Source: Fimicolochytrium jonesii (taxonomy: Eukaryota). From it: a stretch of 64,000 nt of DNA. Location of the stretch: positions 248,001 to 312,000 of the forward strand of contig NW_026515702.1 in NCBI RefSeq assembly GCF_025526975.1, in the 5' to 3' direction. Within the stretch, counting starts at the first letter, position 1; every line of letters begins with the position of its first letter. This document shows, in pieces, positions 12,273 to 24,940 of this stretch. The notes below the pieces were generated by a model. It searched no databases. It was not told the origin of the DNA and saw only the letters and a list, made by a program, of their open reading frames with translations. The translations under genes and the position numbers were made by a program.

Positions 12273-14695
12273 TCAGATGCGCTCGAGTCGTTTGCCGATG
12301 CGTCTCCAGGCGGGGAATGTCGGTGCCCGTGGTCTTCTTGGTGCTCGTTTCCTTGGGGGTGCCGGTCCATGTTTCTCTCCTGTGGTGTCGTCCTTGTCAG
12401 TGTTGATCGTTGCCGTGTCGTCCGTGTCCTTGGTGTTGATTGTTGCCGTGTCGTCCTTGTCCTTGGTGTTGATCGTTGCCGAGTCGTCCGTGTCCTTGGT
12501 GTTGTTGATCGTTGCCGCGTCGTCCGTGTCCACCGTCACCATTCCTCCAAGTCCGTCCAAGTCGGGAATCCAATCCGGCAATCCCTCGTCGTTCAATCCG
12601 TCGTTGTCGAAGCTGTCGTCCAAGTCTGGAATCCAATCCGGCAATCCCTCGTCGTCCAATCCGTCGTTGTCGAAGTCGTCCAAATCCGCTTCCAACTCCC
12701 TCATCCTCCTCGTCATGCTTACCAACTCTTCGTCATCCTCTGAAACTCCAAGCGTCCTCTTCTTGTCGATCCTCGAGTACAGCACCATCGCCTCCTCCTC
12801 CTTTGGCAACTCCAGCGTTGGACGTTGCATCAGCCACCACTCCATGTCGATGTTCTCCACAAGTCCCCGTGTCCACAGCTTCAAAACTTGGTCCGTGCGA
12901 TTCGTCTCCCTTGGAATGTTCCGTTGTTGCTGGTCCTCAAGTTCGAAGTCCTCCAGTCCTGCCGTCAGCTTTACCGTCGTCACAAATCCAAAGCAAGCCG
13001 ACCCCTCCACCTCCTCCCTCGAATACCCCGTCGCAATCCGCATCAACTTGTCGTCCGCTCCCATGTACCCGCTTACCAAAGGGCATGAGACGAAGAACAC
13101 CGTAGCAGCTAGGAGGGACGGCCGGAATCGAAGCGAATCTTCCATGATGACGCAGGTAGCTAGAAGGCGGTTGGCGGTGTCCACGTTGGCGAGTCGTCGA
13201 AAGGTTGGCGTGATCCCAGTCCATGTAGCGAAGTTGATGATGTCGGCGTCCCGGATGTCGGATTTGACTTGGTTGGCGATGTGGAAAGCGTGGTTGAGAA
13301 ATTCCTGAGGGCTTGTTTGGTATCCGTTGCAGTCCATGAGTATTTGCTGGTCCACGATGTGTCGTTTGACTTCCTTGAGTAGCACTTGGAGCTCGGTGTT
13401 GGACAGCGCAATCCCGGTACGAAAGGTCTCGACCCGCTTGATGAATTGTTGGAGGGAGGGATCCACTTCTGATTCCATGCTGAAGGCGACGGCGAACAGT
13501 GCGATGGCGATAGTCTTCTCCGAGTAGATCGTGTGTTGCCCAGGAGTCGGTGTCATTGCCCTGAAATACAAATCGAGGTAAGTGACGGCAAGGTGATAGA
13601 CCAATTCAGGAGACAAATAGCACAGGGAAAACCCGGCGCTAAGGTCGTTGATTAGTGCTATCATCTTCGATCGGTTATCCTGCGTGAGTGCTCCATTTGT
13701 CCGGGAAGTCCATGTACGGTTGGCGTTTCGAATTTGGCGGTCCTCTCGTTCTACAATGGTCGTAAAGTGTCGCTTGAGATCTTCCAGTGTCCAGAGAAGG
13801 GCCTTGCTTCCAGTGTCGTCTTCAGGTTTCCGGGGTTGGGCGTTAAGGATGGCGTCCAGATCGAGAGTTTCTTCAAGGTCGTCCATGGTCGGGATCTAAT
13901 ATAGTAGAGGACGAGAAGGTATAGGATGAGTAAGCCAGTGTCCTACTATAGGTAGTAAGCGAGTATAGTGTGCATAGCGAGTGCCAGTAAGCGAGCACAA
14001 GGTCAACGACGACCGCCTATGGCAGTTATCCAGGGATGTGGCCTAGGCGATTGCGACGAATCTTGATATCGAGGGGAACGCGAGACGACCGCCTAAGGCA
14101 GTCGGGGGCACTTGGTGTTGATGACGCGTATTGACGAACGCCGACGCGTCTTGAGATCGATGTATGAGGACGACCGCCTATGGCAGTGTCGAGGAACCTT
14201 GATGTCGATGAAGCGCGGATCGAGACAACCGCCTAGGGCAGTGCAGGACACTTGGTGTTGATGACGCGCAAGAGACGAGCGCCGACGAATCTTGATATCG
14301 AAGGGAACGCGAGACGACCGCCTATGGCAGTGTCGAGGAACCTTGATGTCGATGAAGCGCGAACCGAATGAAGCACGAGACGACCGCCTAAGGCAGTGTC
14401 GGGAATCCTGGTATCGATGAAGCTGCGAGATCAGATCCGATGATCTTACCTTGGGAGCAAGTGTCGCGGGCTGGCGTTCAAGCTGGTCTTGGAGGATAGC
14501 GTCGTCGAGGAGATCGGCCCAGGGTTCTAAAAGGGAAGAAGTTTGGGGGGTAGTAGCATACGACATCATTTCGAGAGAGTTATTTTTTTGTGATTTATTA
14601 GTTTTACGAATGTTTTTTGGGTTTTGTACGCTTTCGTCTTTCTCTTCGCTTCTGAGGGCTTGGAGCAGAGCTTGTTGATCTCTTTCGCTTGTCAT
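12273..14695 (-). CDS. Divergent cyclin-fold protein with an acidic repetitive C-terminus; exon 1 14450-14695, exon 2 12273-13895
   Basis: NRSKMIALINDLSAGFSL...ELVYHLAVTYLDLYF aligns with the cyclin box MRAIL..W...ETLYLAVNYLDRF. TSPQEFL, LRFRPSLLAATVFF and TGYSREEV match Cyclin_C. The phase-0 intron AAG|gtaag...ttag|ATC joins the upstream exon in frame. Confidence 0.7.
12370..12680 (-). repeat. Coding tandem repeats (DTDDTATINTK-type ~33 bp x4-5; FDNDGLxDEGLPDWIPDLD x2)
   Basis: Visible in both the DNA and the translation of ORF 12273..13886. Confidence 0.9.
14025..14425. repeat. Degenerate tandem repeat array inside the cyclin-gene intron
   Basis: The motif gacgaccgccta(t/a/g)ggcag recurs about 6 times, with reiterated intervening blocks (ttgatgtcgatgaagcgcg, cgacgaatcttgatatcga). 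Confidence 0.85.
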
Positions 14696-15039
14696 GGCTA
14701 GGAGTCGATGCGTTGTTCGGGCCAGTTAGCTTTCGCTTGAGTTCTCGTTCGCTTGTTACGGCTTGGAGGGGGAGCCAATGCAACAGTGTACAATTGGCAA
14801 GGAAAAACCGAGCGGGGGCATGCGGGACGCCGGCTCCTTAAATATTCGCGGCCGGGGGGGTGCGCAAACGGCCGGAAAAGTGGGCAGAGCCGGGCCATTC
14901 CATAGGTTTCCGAACTCCGAACGGCAACAAATGATTAAGGTGGGCATTAAAAAATCCCAGCGCAATGCCGCCGTTAATCAAGCGGACATTGAGCGAAGCT
15001 GCCAGTTCCCGAGCAGAGACGCCGCGGTGATCAAGCGGA

Positions 15040-15360
15040 GTTTCAGAAGCTTTCTGGATGGCCCGTCTAGGGACTGCGTGCAAGGCTGCTGGATTGCGCA
15101 ATCGCGCCCATCTTGACCTCAACCATACAAACGTCAGAGAACGTGGTAGAATGATTGATGGCCGGCTCTTCGAGCGCGTGCAAAAACAAAGCGATGGAAG
15201 CTTTCTGGATGGCCCGTCCAGGGCTGCGTAAGCTGCGAAGTCGCGGCTGTCGCGCGGACTTTGCCTTGGGAACGCGCTTCGTAAGCACCCTCGCAATCGC
15301 GTCCATCTTGACCTCAACCATGCAAACGTCAGAGGACGGGGCAGAATGATTGATGGCCGC
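15040..15360. repeat. Duplicated blocks upstream of the cyclin-like gene
   Basis: gaagctttctggatggcccgtc at ~15047 and ~15197; gcaatcgcg-ccatcttgacctcaaccat-caaacgtcagag...agaatgattgatggcc at ~15098 and ~15294. Confidence 0.85.
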
Positions 15361-18300
15361 ATGCAAAAGAAGGCGATGCCAAGACCGAATGGTGAATCAG
15401 AGGGAATGAATGGCCTTCGTTTCGAGGGATGTCGCACGTCAATCCGAACTCCGCTTACGTTGGCTCAGGACGTGCCAAATCGATTCTGAGGATTCCCGCG
15501 CGTCGGTTTTATTGCTTCACGTGAACTATTAAACAGCTAAGCGACACCATTTTCGACAGCGTATCTCTTCTGGGCAGCCCGACGCCCATGCTATTATATC
15601 ATGAGAGACGTGTGGACGAGTAGTAACCAGTGCCATCCCGCATGAGGCGAGGCGGCGCGGCAGGCTTTCCTTTCGCGCTCACCGGGCAGGGATGGGTTAG
15701 GGTGAGTTTATTGGGGTTAGGTTGGGGTTAGGTATTCCCGATTAAAGCGACGCATTTCCCTACATCTCAGACAAATATTGTGCACTGTATGAAATGGAAG
15801 GAGCGAAAGTTTATGCGAAACTGCATGAAGGCCTTGGTTTCGGAGAAGCGCGTGGCGACAGGATGCCCATTGCGAAGATGGGGATGTCCCGCAACGGGAA
15901 GCTCTTCATGCGCAATCACCACCGATGTGTGTGAAGACACAAATAAATGGGCTAAAGGATGATGTCAAGAAGTTGTGATTGATCGAAAGCTTTTGCGATG
16001 GCCCCTTCCAAGACTCGCCGTGTCGTAGGCGGGCAGCGGCATTGAGTGGGGCATCTGTCGCGTTCGACTGCTGCTTTTCTCCCTCCAAGCCCTACGAGCA
16101 ACGAGCTTCTCAGTCTGGACTTCATTACAAGCGCATGGGGAGATGAAGGATGCGGCAGCTTTAATGCGCGTAGAACGTAGAGCATTCCTTTGGATCTATA
16201 CCTAGCACTCCTTTATAGGTCTCCCGTAGACCTTCCTGCGCATAGATATCAAACAAACGATCAGTCGCTATGGATGGGCCAGCTTACTTCCTTCCTCGAT
16301 AATGGGCTGGAGATACGATGTATTGAGAAGTGAAGAAGACTAGTTACTTGATTACGTTCAAGAATCCCTGCCCACACTGCTTCCCCCCACCCCCCCCCCC
16401 CCCCCCTCACCCCACCCCCCCCCCCCCCTTTCCCCCCATTCCCCCCATAGACCGACCACTGCGTAAATCTAATCAATGCCCGTAGCGACGTCGAGGGCAT
16501 CTCGACCGTGAGCTCATCGGCCGTAGCTCATCGGCCGAAGAGCTCGTCGACCCCCCCGCCCCCCCGCCCGGTTCTTTCCGCCGCGACACCTTGAGTTTGG
16601 CGTACGCATGGGTGACGACCCCGCACACCCGGCCCGTTGTTTCACACATGTTCTGCTTGGGGGTCGTCTTCGTCGTTGGGGGGGGGGGGGGGGGGGACTG
16701 ATAACATTGTCAGTCAGGCTCTGCATGAACAGGATGTCCTGATAGACATCCTTATTCATCAATAATCGCCACACCTTGAGTTTGGCGTTTGCATGTGTCA
16801 GACATCCGTCCCGCTGTCTGACACGCCTTGGTCATGTTCTGCCCCGCTGGATAGTTGTGGTACATATCGGTGACGGCTTCGCGTCGAAACATCCGTGGCG
16901 AGGCGTCGTGCCGAGGAAGCAGGCGGAAGCAGTACCATCAAACGCCGCGAGGTGAGGTGAGGTGAGGTGAGGCGAGGTGAGGGAGGCCGCGAGCACCATC
17001 AAACGCCGCGAGCACCAACTCGATCATGACGCTGGGATGCTGCCGGGTATAGATGGCAGAGCATCTTCGATGCGGAAGCTGTTGGCTAGATGCTGGTCGA
17101 ATCTGCTGCTTGGCGACTCGGCAAGTGGTTCCGTGATGAGGCATGCCGCAAAGTTGTCGAAGAGCAGGCAAGGTTGTATTGTCCGGTCGGAGCCGTACAC
17201 GGTCGTGGACGCATCTGTCCTAGCGAGCGGGTCCGAGAAGTCCATCCTCGTCAGGTTGATACTCTCCCAACACATATTTTCAAACCCGGAGATGGGATGC
17301 GAAGAGTGTGCTAGACCGAGCTGAAGCCCAGTTCAATATCTATGCATGTGTAGCTTCTCCATATCGTTCGACGTTGAGGGGGAAACCCTTCACATAAACC
17401 GTGCGTGGCTGTGCAATCCGATACTGGTACGTCCTATGTAGTACTACGTACTACTGCAATCAGTGTGGTTTCCCCCACTTACGGGTGCCCTCGCGCGTGC
17501 TCACGCTTCCCCCAACCTCACCCTTGAATTGGACCCTCACATCCAAACCCAGGAACAACGACGAGCAACTGCATCCCTTCCAACAGACTACGTACGTGAA
17601 CGACGTATGACCTGCGGTGGTCCTCTAGTGCCCTATGCTTGGAACGCAGAACAGACAACCGAAGCTCCTGTGCTGTTGTGGAGGAGGACCGCTCCTGCGC
17701 AACTCAAACTGATACGGAAACTGCTGGAGCGAGCTCCCGGACACAGCTTGGACGCTCATTGTCCTTCCCGCAACCCGCTTCCGCGATGTCTTTTGACGGA
17801 AGCTCCCGCAGCAGACCTCCACGCCGCCCTGGGAATTCGGTCCGACATATGAGATCCCGTCCGTATTTGATACCGCTCCTCTTGTAAGTGTCTGCGGAAT
17901 TTAGTCCCACTTTTTTCTCACGCATAAGCAAGCATTCATTTCTAACTCTCGTGCATTCCCACCGGCCATCGGGTTCAATAGCGCCCCACGTACGGGCCCA
18001 TCGACTTCTTCGACTTCATGGTCCCGCCGTCACTCGGTCCCTGCCCGTACAGCCCTCTCAAAAGCTCCATCGTATCATTCTCTGGCGAAGGAGGGAACCC
18101 CAGCCCTAACCTTGGAGGATGAGGATGCAATGGACTTACTTCGCCGTTACGTGATTTCGCCTCCTACCTCGCCTCTCGTTGAAAGGTAGATATGACACAA
18201 CCCCCCTGCCCATACCACTTCTCAAGGTCGCTGTTGTAAAACAATACTTTCTAGAACTCGAGCTGGCGTCGGCTACGGTTGAGTAGCTGCCTCCTTCGCC

Positions 18301-18888
18301 AACTTCGGTGTCCCGATTTCAACGTCCTCCCGAGGAAGTCTCAAACGAGGAAGGGATGGCGCCAACGACATGCTTCTTGTCGCCATTGCCCATCCTTACC
18401 GTGATTGTTCCTCGCTGCTACGACCCCGTCAGTGCACGCCAAACCTTTCTCGGTATAGCAAAGGAATGCTCATTAGTTGGGGTGGGCGATGGACAGAGCA
18501 GTCTGAGGTCTTTGACTCACTTGACCCTAGGGTACGGTCACTACTGCCCGCTTTGAGCTCCAGGAACATCATGGAAGCGCAGTTCTAAGGCCTGGGCAGG
18601 AAGTTTAATGCGAAGAGTGACAGCGCGCCGTCGATCCTTCCGCAGTTCCACACAGGTCCGGCCCCTGTCATTGTGCTGAAAGCACTCGCAGCACATAAAC
18701 AGCACATCGCAGGGCCCTGCAGGAGGTCGCCTCTTCACTTCCACAGGGAGGCAGCAAGGATGGCCAGGTACAGTTGCATTCGTACAATAGTCAGCAGACA
18801 TCCCCCGCATCATCTCCTCGGCCCAACAAACAGGTGTACTACACACATTTCATAAAGGATATCATACCTGATTCCGAATTTCGACCGC

Positions 18889-21289
18889 ATGTCGCTGCAC
18901 GCACAAGAGGCTGGTCTGCCCCATGTTGCAACCGCCGGCGAAAGGGTATGTTTGTCGCTCGGTCGTCCATATATTCACATACGCTGCATCAACATCTTAC
19001 ACATTCTCACCAAATGTACTCTCGTTCAATACTAGGCCGCATCAATCATCCTCCTCCCAATCACAGTCTTTGGGTTACTGGCGAATAGCTTTGTCGCCTA
19101 TCTGTTCTGGAGATATGAGACGCTACGCAGGCATCCCTCCAATTTGCTCATTCTGGGGCTTTGTGTTGGGGTAAGAGGAATAGGGTATGGTGATATCGTT
19201 GGAGGGGGGTGTGTGGGAGGTTAAATGGGGATTAGCTAGTCTCGAGCAACTTGGCGAGCAGTTCCACCAGCGGCGGCAAGAACCAATTGCGGCAAGCGAA
19301 GCGAAGCGCAGAGGTCCATGAGACCGTCCGAGCAACGCGAGGATATGCAAATTCCGAGAAACAAGAGCCCAGCATTGTCCATGAAGGCGAGAGCTCCGTG
19401 GTCGAGCAGGAGCAGCTCCAACGAGTGTCAGCGATCCTAGTTGCTGCGAGCGACGGGAGGCGCACGGATGCTCCTACCCTTCCTTCCCTCTATCTTTTCC
19501 GGCCGCCGAACGTTTGTCGCGAGCAGCGAAGGGGGATGGTGTCTGCGTTCACTCAGCCCAACATCTTTCCGCCGAACGGCACCTCGCGAGCGTCAGCCGC
19601 CCGTCTGCCGCGAGATGACTTCGGCAAGCAGAGTCCATCTGCCGCCAGCGAAGCAAGGCGCCGGAATGCTCAAGCCGATGGCATTGAGCGACAGACGTAG
19701 GGATGCGCTTGCCGATATCTATCGCATCCTTGGCGCGAGTGGAGCGACCAAGATGTCGTCTGCATCCATCATCCATCACACCTTTCATTCTACATCCATC
19801 TCACATCACCCTTCGCATCCCACAGGACGGCATCCTCATGTGCCTACCTCGAGTAATAGAAGCGCCCATCGCACTGGTCTACGACGGGTATCCCGCGTGG
19901 TATCACCCGTTCTGCCAACTATTCGGAGCGATGCCGCTGACGTCCGCTTACATCAGCGTGTTCACGTTGGGTGTTGTGAGCATGGAGCGGTATTTGGCGA
20001 TTGTTAGGGGGGTTGTGTGGACTAGGAGGGAAGCTTGTCTTGTTGCTGCTGGTAGGTGTGCGAGGAGATGAGGTGGGGCATCATATTCGTGTACGGGAAT
20101 TCCGCTCACTCGTTGGTTCACACAGGAATCTGGGCAGCAGCAGCGGTAATCGGAGTTCTACTCCCAGTTGTGACCGCGTTCGGTAAAGGTACCCCGCACT
20201 CGCCGTACCTGCTGCAGGCATCCGGGCTGTACTGTCTGATCAACTGGGGGGATAGCTCCATTGCTGTACGCATGTCTCTTTTGTCAGCGATGTGGGACGA
20301 GATGCGATGTTGATCCTTGATGGGTAGGGCCGAATTCAAGTCGTCATCGCGATGGTTGGCCTTCTTTTGGTCATCGGAACACTGGTCGGAGGGTACTTTA
20401 TGATCTGGCTGCATGTTCGGACGGTATGCAGTCTCCCGGATTCCTCCATTTCCTTAATTTTCAGGCCAGTAATGTATGCCCCGCTCGCCCTTACTATAGA
20501 TCGCAAGCACGGTAAGCGCCACCCCGCGCAACATTACTCTCACACCTTCGACCGCAACAACTTCCAGCGTCGCCGAGACGCCGCAGGCGCGCGGGATGGG
20601 TGCGACCATGACGAAGATGGAGAGGGATTTGATGTGGAAGGCGGTGAGCTTATCTTCTTCAGTTCCCTTCCCATCGGAATGATGCATGTGTGCTTTCTAA
20701 CATTTGCTTGTAACTTGCTTTGTAGATCGTAATGTCCGCGATTTTCCTAACAAACTGGCTTCCATACTCCATCATGATCGCATACGAAGGGTTCACACTC
20801 ACGCACGATATCAATAAGACGTTCGAGACGGTGTCTTATTTCGGAGTCGAGATCAATGGTACGCCTGCCTAACCCTAACCTTTCGAAACACAACTCGCCT
20901 GGAGGGACCACACATCACACTCCGTCACTCACCTCCAGATTTGTTTTATGTCTGTAGCGGCAACGAACCCCCTCCTCTTCATCCTCCTCGACACCCGCGT
21001 CCTCCTCTGCGCGCGACAGGCGTTAGGGCTCGCCCGTCCCGACGAAGATCTGAGCTCACAGCCGAGCAGTGCAGTAGGGAGTCACCGGAAGGAGAGCATT
21101 ATAGCTGAGCCTAGTGGGGTGCGACAGGGGAAGTGTCTGCAAGAAGCCGGGCCGAGTGGATTGAGGGGAGGGAGGACAAGAGAGGGCGGTACGCTGGGAA
21201 GGGGGGTGGAGGTGGGGGTCAGGGGATTGAGGGTTAGAAGTATGTCGGCGGAGGAGATGGATGAGGATGATGGATTGGGGGAGGCGTAA
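18889..21289 (+). CDS. Opsin-like class A (rhodopsin family) GPCR, 8 exons
   Basis: Exons 18889-18945, 19036-19170, 19826-20051, 20126-20265, 20328-20423, 20500-20643, 20726-20858 and 20958-21289 splice in frame. Motifs: GLLAN (TM1), LRRHPSNLLILGLCVGD (TM2), CQ...SMERY (TM3), GIW (TM4), SGLYC (ECL2), NWLPY (TM6), NPLLF (TM7). Confidence 0.88.
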
Positions 21290-21369
21290 ATATTCCCTTT
21301 TTGCCCACGAAAGCTCAGTCATTTTGGAACGACGGCGATCCCAGTCTTAGACCCGTCACACAGCTCTGT

Positions 21370-21518
21370 GCCGCGCAAAATAGCTTACAGTAAGGGTTAC
21401 ATGGCGAGTAACAACCCTCCGCACCAAATAACGGCCTTCCGCGCGAAATAACACCCTTCCACGCGAAATAACTTTCACTTAGGGTTACATGCGCGAGTAA
21501 AAGCCAATAACAGCCTTC
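21370..21518. repeat. Degenerate ~20-bp tandem repeat, possibly a transposon subterminal repeat
   Basis: Copies of (c)cttccgcgcgaaataac and two copies of agggttacatg...gagtaa; related to 11299-11370. Confidence 0.55.
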
Positions 21519-23769
21519 ATGTCCAACCTTCCTGACTCCCCTCCGCTAGCTGCACTTCGTCCCATTTCCCGTCGAACGAAAGAGCTCTACCAACCTACTG
21601 ACGACGATTCTGAAGATTTCATGTCCAACAATGTGTATCTCAACCCCGTTCCTGCGCAGAGCTCGTCCGCCGGCGCACGCGGGCAAATCCCCGTCGCGGT
21701 GTCAGCAAGTTCGGTGGATTGGGTGGCCTGTTCGGCTCGCTCACTGGAGCCAATCTTCAGGCTCAGTCCTTGAGAATTTCTGCCGGAGCGACTCCAAACC
21801 CTGGTGGCAGACGTCTGCCCTTTGCCACTGGCACTGATACCCGCAGCGCGATGGACGACTTTAAACCTGAAGGCCGCTTCGTTCCCACTGCACTCCGCTT
21901 TGGTCGTCGGACGCGCTCGCTCTCCCCGCTCCAGTCCCGCCGCGAGGACCGTCAGCCTGCGCCTGCTCGCCATGAAAGTCATTGCGGTGAGACGCCCAAC
22001 GATCGCCGAACTGCTCGTGTGCTCGAAACTGCTGCCGCAGCTGAGCGCAACTTTGGACCCTCAATGCCGGTCAGCACTGCCACCTTACCGCTCGAGTAAA
22101 TGTCATGGTGCTTATAAGAGCATACTCCCAAGGAGAACAGCTTCAACGCCCCATTGAATCTTGCTTGCATGCCACATCTATCATCGTGCAACGTAAGACG
22201 CGCTGTCATACGTTTGGCATATCAGAACTCCCAACTCCCATGAACATCACAAACATCGCCATGTGAACACGTGGAATAAAGGATCTAGTTGCCAGAGTGC
22301 GGCGGAATGAATGGATGGCAGCGCCCTTACGGAAAGGAATGACATGTCCCCCAGATGATTATGCCGCGTGCGCTGCGAGTTGGGTACACTAGAACCTACG
22401 CGAACCTGATGTGATTTAGTCAACTGGATTGGAGCGGAGATCGTCGAAGCATCGCATAGCAAAGTCTTTGACCGAGGCCTTCGCGGAGTTGTATAGCATA
22501 TATCGTGACTGGGGACCTCACCGCTTTGCATTGATATTGCTGTCTGAATATTGTCAACTCACTGTGCGGCCTCAGATTATCAGCATGTCAATCAATTTGT
22601 AATTCTTTCTTTAGATCTTTGAAAAAGAGAAGAGATGGTGCACAACAAGTGCCGTGGCCATCACGAGCCACCGGGTAGAGCCCTTCCTGTGCCGCCAGTC
22701 GAGCGGCAGAGGTCTGCGGACTTTCCCTGCCCACTATCCGAGAAGAAAAGAAAGATAACCTTCGGGCTCCTCCCGGAAACGAGAGAAAATATGTCGTGGA
22801 GCCATGTCGCAATATGATCACGTCCATAATCTATTTTCCAGTCATAGTCGAGCTACCCTTAAGCATAAGGGTGAAGCAAATATAAGAAGTACTGTACGGG
22901 GCCTGGCAGACTTGTTTGTGTTTGGCGTGTTTGGCACCTGCCATTCTCATACATCCTATACTGTCATTGATATCCGATACAAAAAATACGAGCCAGCCCT
23001 GCACGTCTCTTACTGGAGTGGCCGCCATTGATATCATTGCCAAACAGCAAACATGCAAGCAACAGCCAGCACCGAGAGGGCAGTACGGGCTTCGCCCCTC
23101 TACCGCCCAAGTTATGAAAGCCTCGCCGCAACCAAAGCCGCAAGGACCATACTGGGCGCAAATCTCCAATCAGTGGGGATCTGAAAGCTTGCGAACCTAC
23201 AACGCGCTGTCGAATACTGTTACATATCGGCGGACGGGAGGAATAACTACCCTGGCACTGGCGAGTCAAGCCCGGACAAAGTTTTCCAAACGATTATTAC
23301 TCAACTGTAGAAGCATCCGGGGTGAACTGCTAGTATGGAGACCCAATCTCATTGGGAAAACTGTGCGCTTCAACGAGTTCCCTGTAGACCAAAGGGGAAC
23401 GCTTGCAGAAGTTAATACACTCGGCACTTCTTGAGACATGCGTTTACACTCCTTAACACTCGGAAAGGATGTCTACGCATGCAAATTACAGGGGTCGATT
23501 TTTGCCCTCCGGCCATCTCACCGCTGCCCTTAAAAGAAGCTTGGGATAGTCGCCCTAGCCCGCATCTGACCTTGGCATCAAAGGTACGGAAGTTGCTACA
23601 CAGATTGTGAATATTTTGACATGCATTTGACATTTGCTACATACGAAATAAACGTGCTTCCCATCTTTAAATGACAGTACAAATACAGACGTATGAGCTT
23701 TTCTATCTACTCTCTACAGGTCTAGGATCTCTTCTCAACGGTCGCTGCAGGGCTGTGGAGATCACAGAC

Positions 23770-24270
23770 TCAGAAGGCGAGCTCGTTGTGGTCCAAAACT
23801 CCGTCGTGGTTGCGGTCGAGGAAGTCGAACATCATCGGCAACGACTTGCGCATCTCGCCCGACTCGTCCCCCTGTGAGGACAAACACCTGGCTGTCAGGC
23901 ACATTGTCCTTTCCTCCTATACGCTCATGCACATACATAGGTTACCTTTTCCGACAGAACCTTGGTACGCTCGGCTATGAACGTTTCCTTGTTCAGCGGC
24001 TTTCCGGCCATCAAGCCCGCCTGGTTTTTGCGTTGCGCCTGTTGGGTGGCAGAGTTGAACAACATTGCAGCTAAAGTCCGAAGCCTCGCACGCCAAACAG
24101 CGGCCAACATACCTCCTTGTATTCGTCCTAAATATTAAATATCGATGAAACGAACGCCCAGTCAAAACAAGGCTCTACCAGTCCAAAAAGAAGACGAAAA
24201 TGGCCAACTTACGTCCAAGGGAACAGGGTTCTCACCGTCCGTCTTAGGCAACCTCCAGCAGTTGTAGCAC
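23770..24270 (-). CDS. Small EF-hand protein (5' end uncertain) with a 15-nt microexon
   Basis: Splicing gives ...TDGENPVPLD|DEYKE|AQRKNQAGLMAGKPLNKETFIAERTKVLSEK|GDESGEMRKSLPMMFDFLDRNHDGVLDHNELAF*. DRNHDGVLDHNE is a canonical EF-hand loop. Confidence 0.6.
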
Positions 24271-24704
24271 GCTGAGTAAAAAGTTGGTGTCCCCCCCCCA
24301 ACTTCCACTTCTGACCAGACCATCTGGCCAAACCCTCCGCCGGTACACTCCTCGTGTGAAATGTACCGAATATCCGGTACCGAGCTTCTGGCCACCCCTG
24401 GCCAGACAATGATTGAGAAAGTGCCCGACACCAAACGTCCTGGCTGACTCGCATGTGGATGAAACACTCCACGGCGGCAAATGAACCAGATTCTTCTGAC
24501 CAGGCCATCTGGCCCAGGCGAACTTAGAGCCTACCGCGGGCGGACCCCCCCGCAGCCTTCACCCTCGGCCTTGTGCTAGGTTCAGCGCCGTTTCAATAGT
24601 AGTTCCTTTGCCCGCGGCCCTGGGCATCTTTCGGTATGTCCATCCATCTGCCTTCTGGAACCGGGAGAGGTGTCATGGATGTAGATTGAGCGGCGAATGC
24701 GGCG

Positions 24705-24774
24705 CGAGGAGGAGGTGCTTAGTGCGGTGGGTAGTGAGGTGGGATACTAAGCAACCTCCTCCTCGTCTAGAGCA
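24705..24774. repeat. Inverted repeat whose right arm matches the DIRS-like YR terminus
   Basis: cgaggaggaggtgcttagt (24705-24723) pairs with actaagcaacctcctcctcg (24746-24765). The latter is identical to 43800-43819. Confidence 0.7.
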
Positions 24775-24870
24775 CATAGTACGGTACCATCCGGTATGAG
24801 CCGCGGCTTCGGCGCTATCTATGCCTGGATCTTCGTAGCCATGGCAAATACCTCATCGATGGTCGATACG

Positions 24871-24940
24871 AAGTTGGATATTCAATACCTACCGACGAAG
24901 GAGATGATCGCCGATATTCAGACGAAGGCGCTCTCAAGCC
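24871..24940 (+). mobile_element. Ty1/Copia RNase H C-terminal remnant
   Basis: KLDIQYLPTKEMIADIQTKAL matches the Copia RNase H terminal motif (Y-x-P-T-x-x-M-x-A-D-x-x-T-K-x-L). Confidence 0.7.

Noticed and set aside
12130..13308. 392-aa plus-strand ORF
   Set aside because: Ser/Val-rich antisense shadow of the cyclin-like gene.
14025..14425. CRISPR-like array (recurring 18-nt motif with spacers)
   Set aside because: The intervening sequences are themselves repeated and irregular, the array sits in an intron of a eukaryotic gene, and there are no cas genes.
16381..17000. Structured element from poly-C/poly-G tracts and short duplications
   Set aside because: Low-complexity sequence with no definable ends or coding signal; homopolymer lengths may be unreliable.
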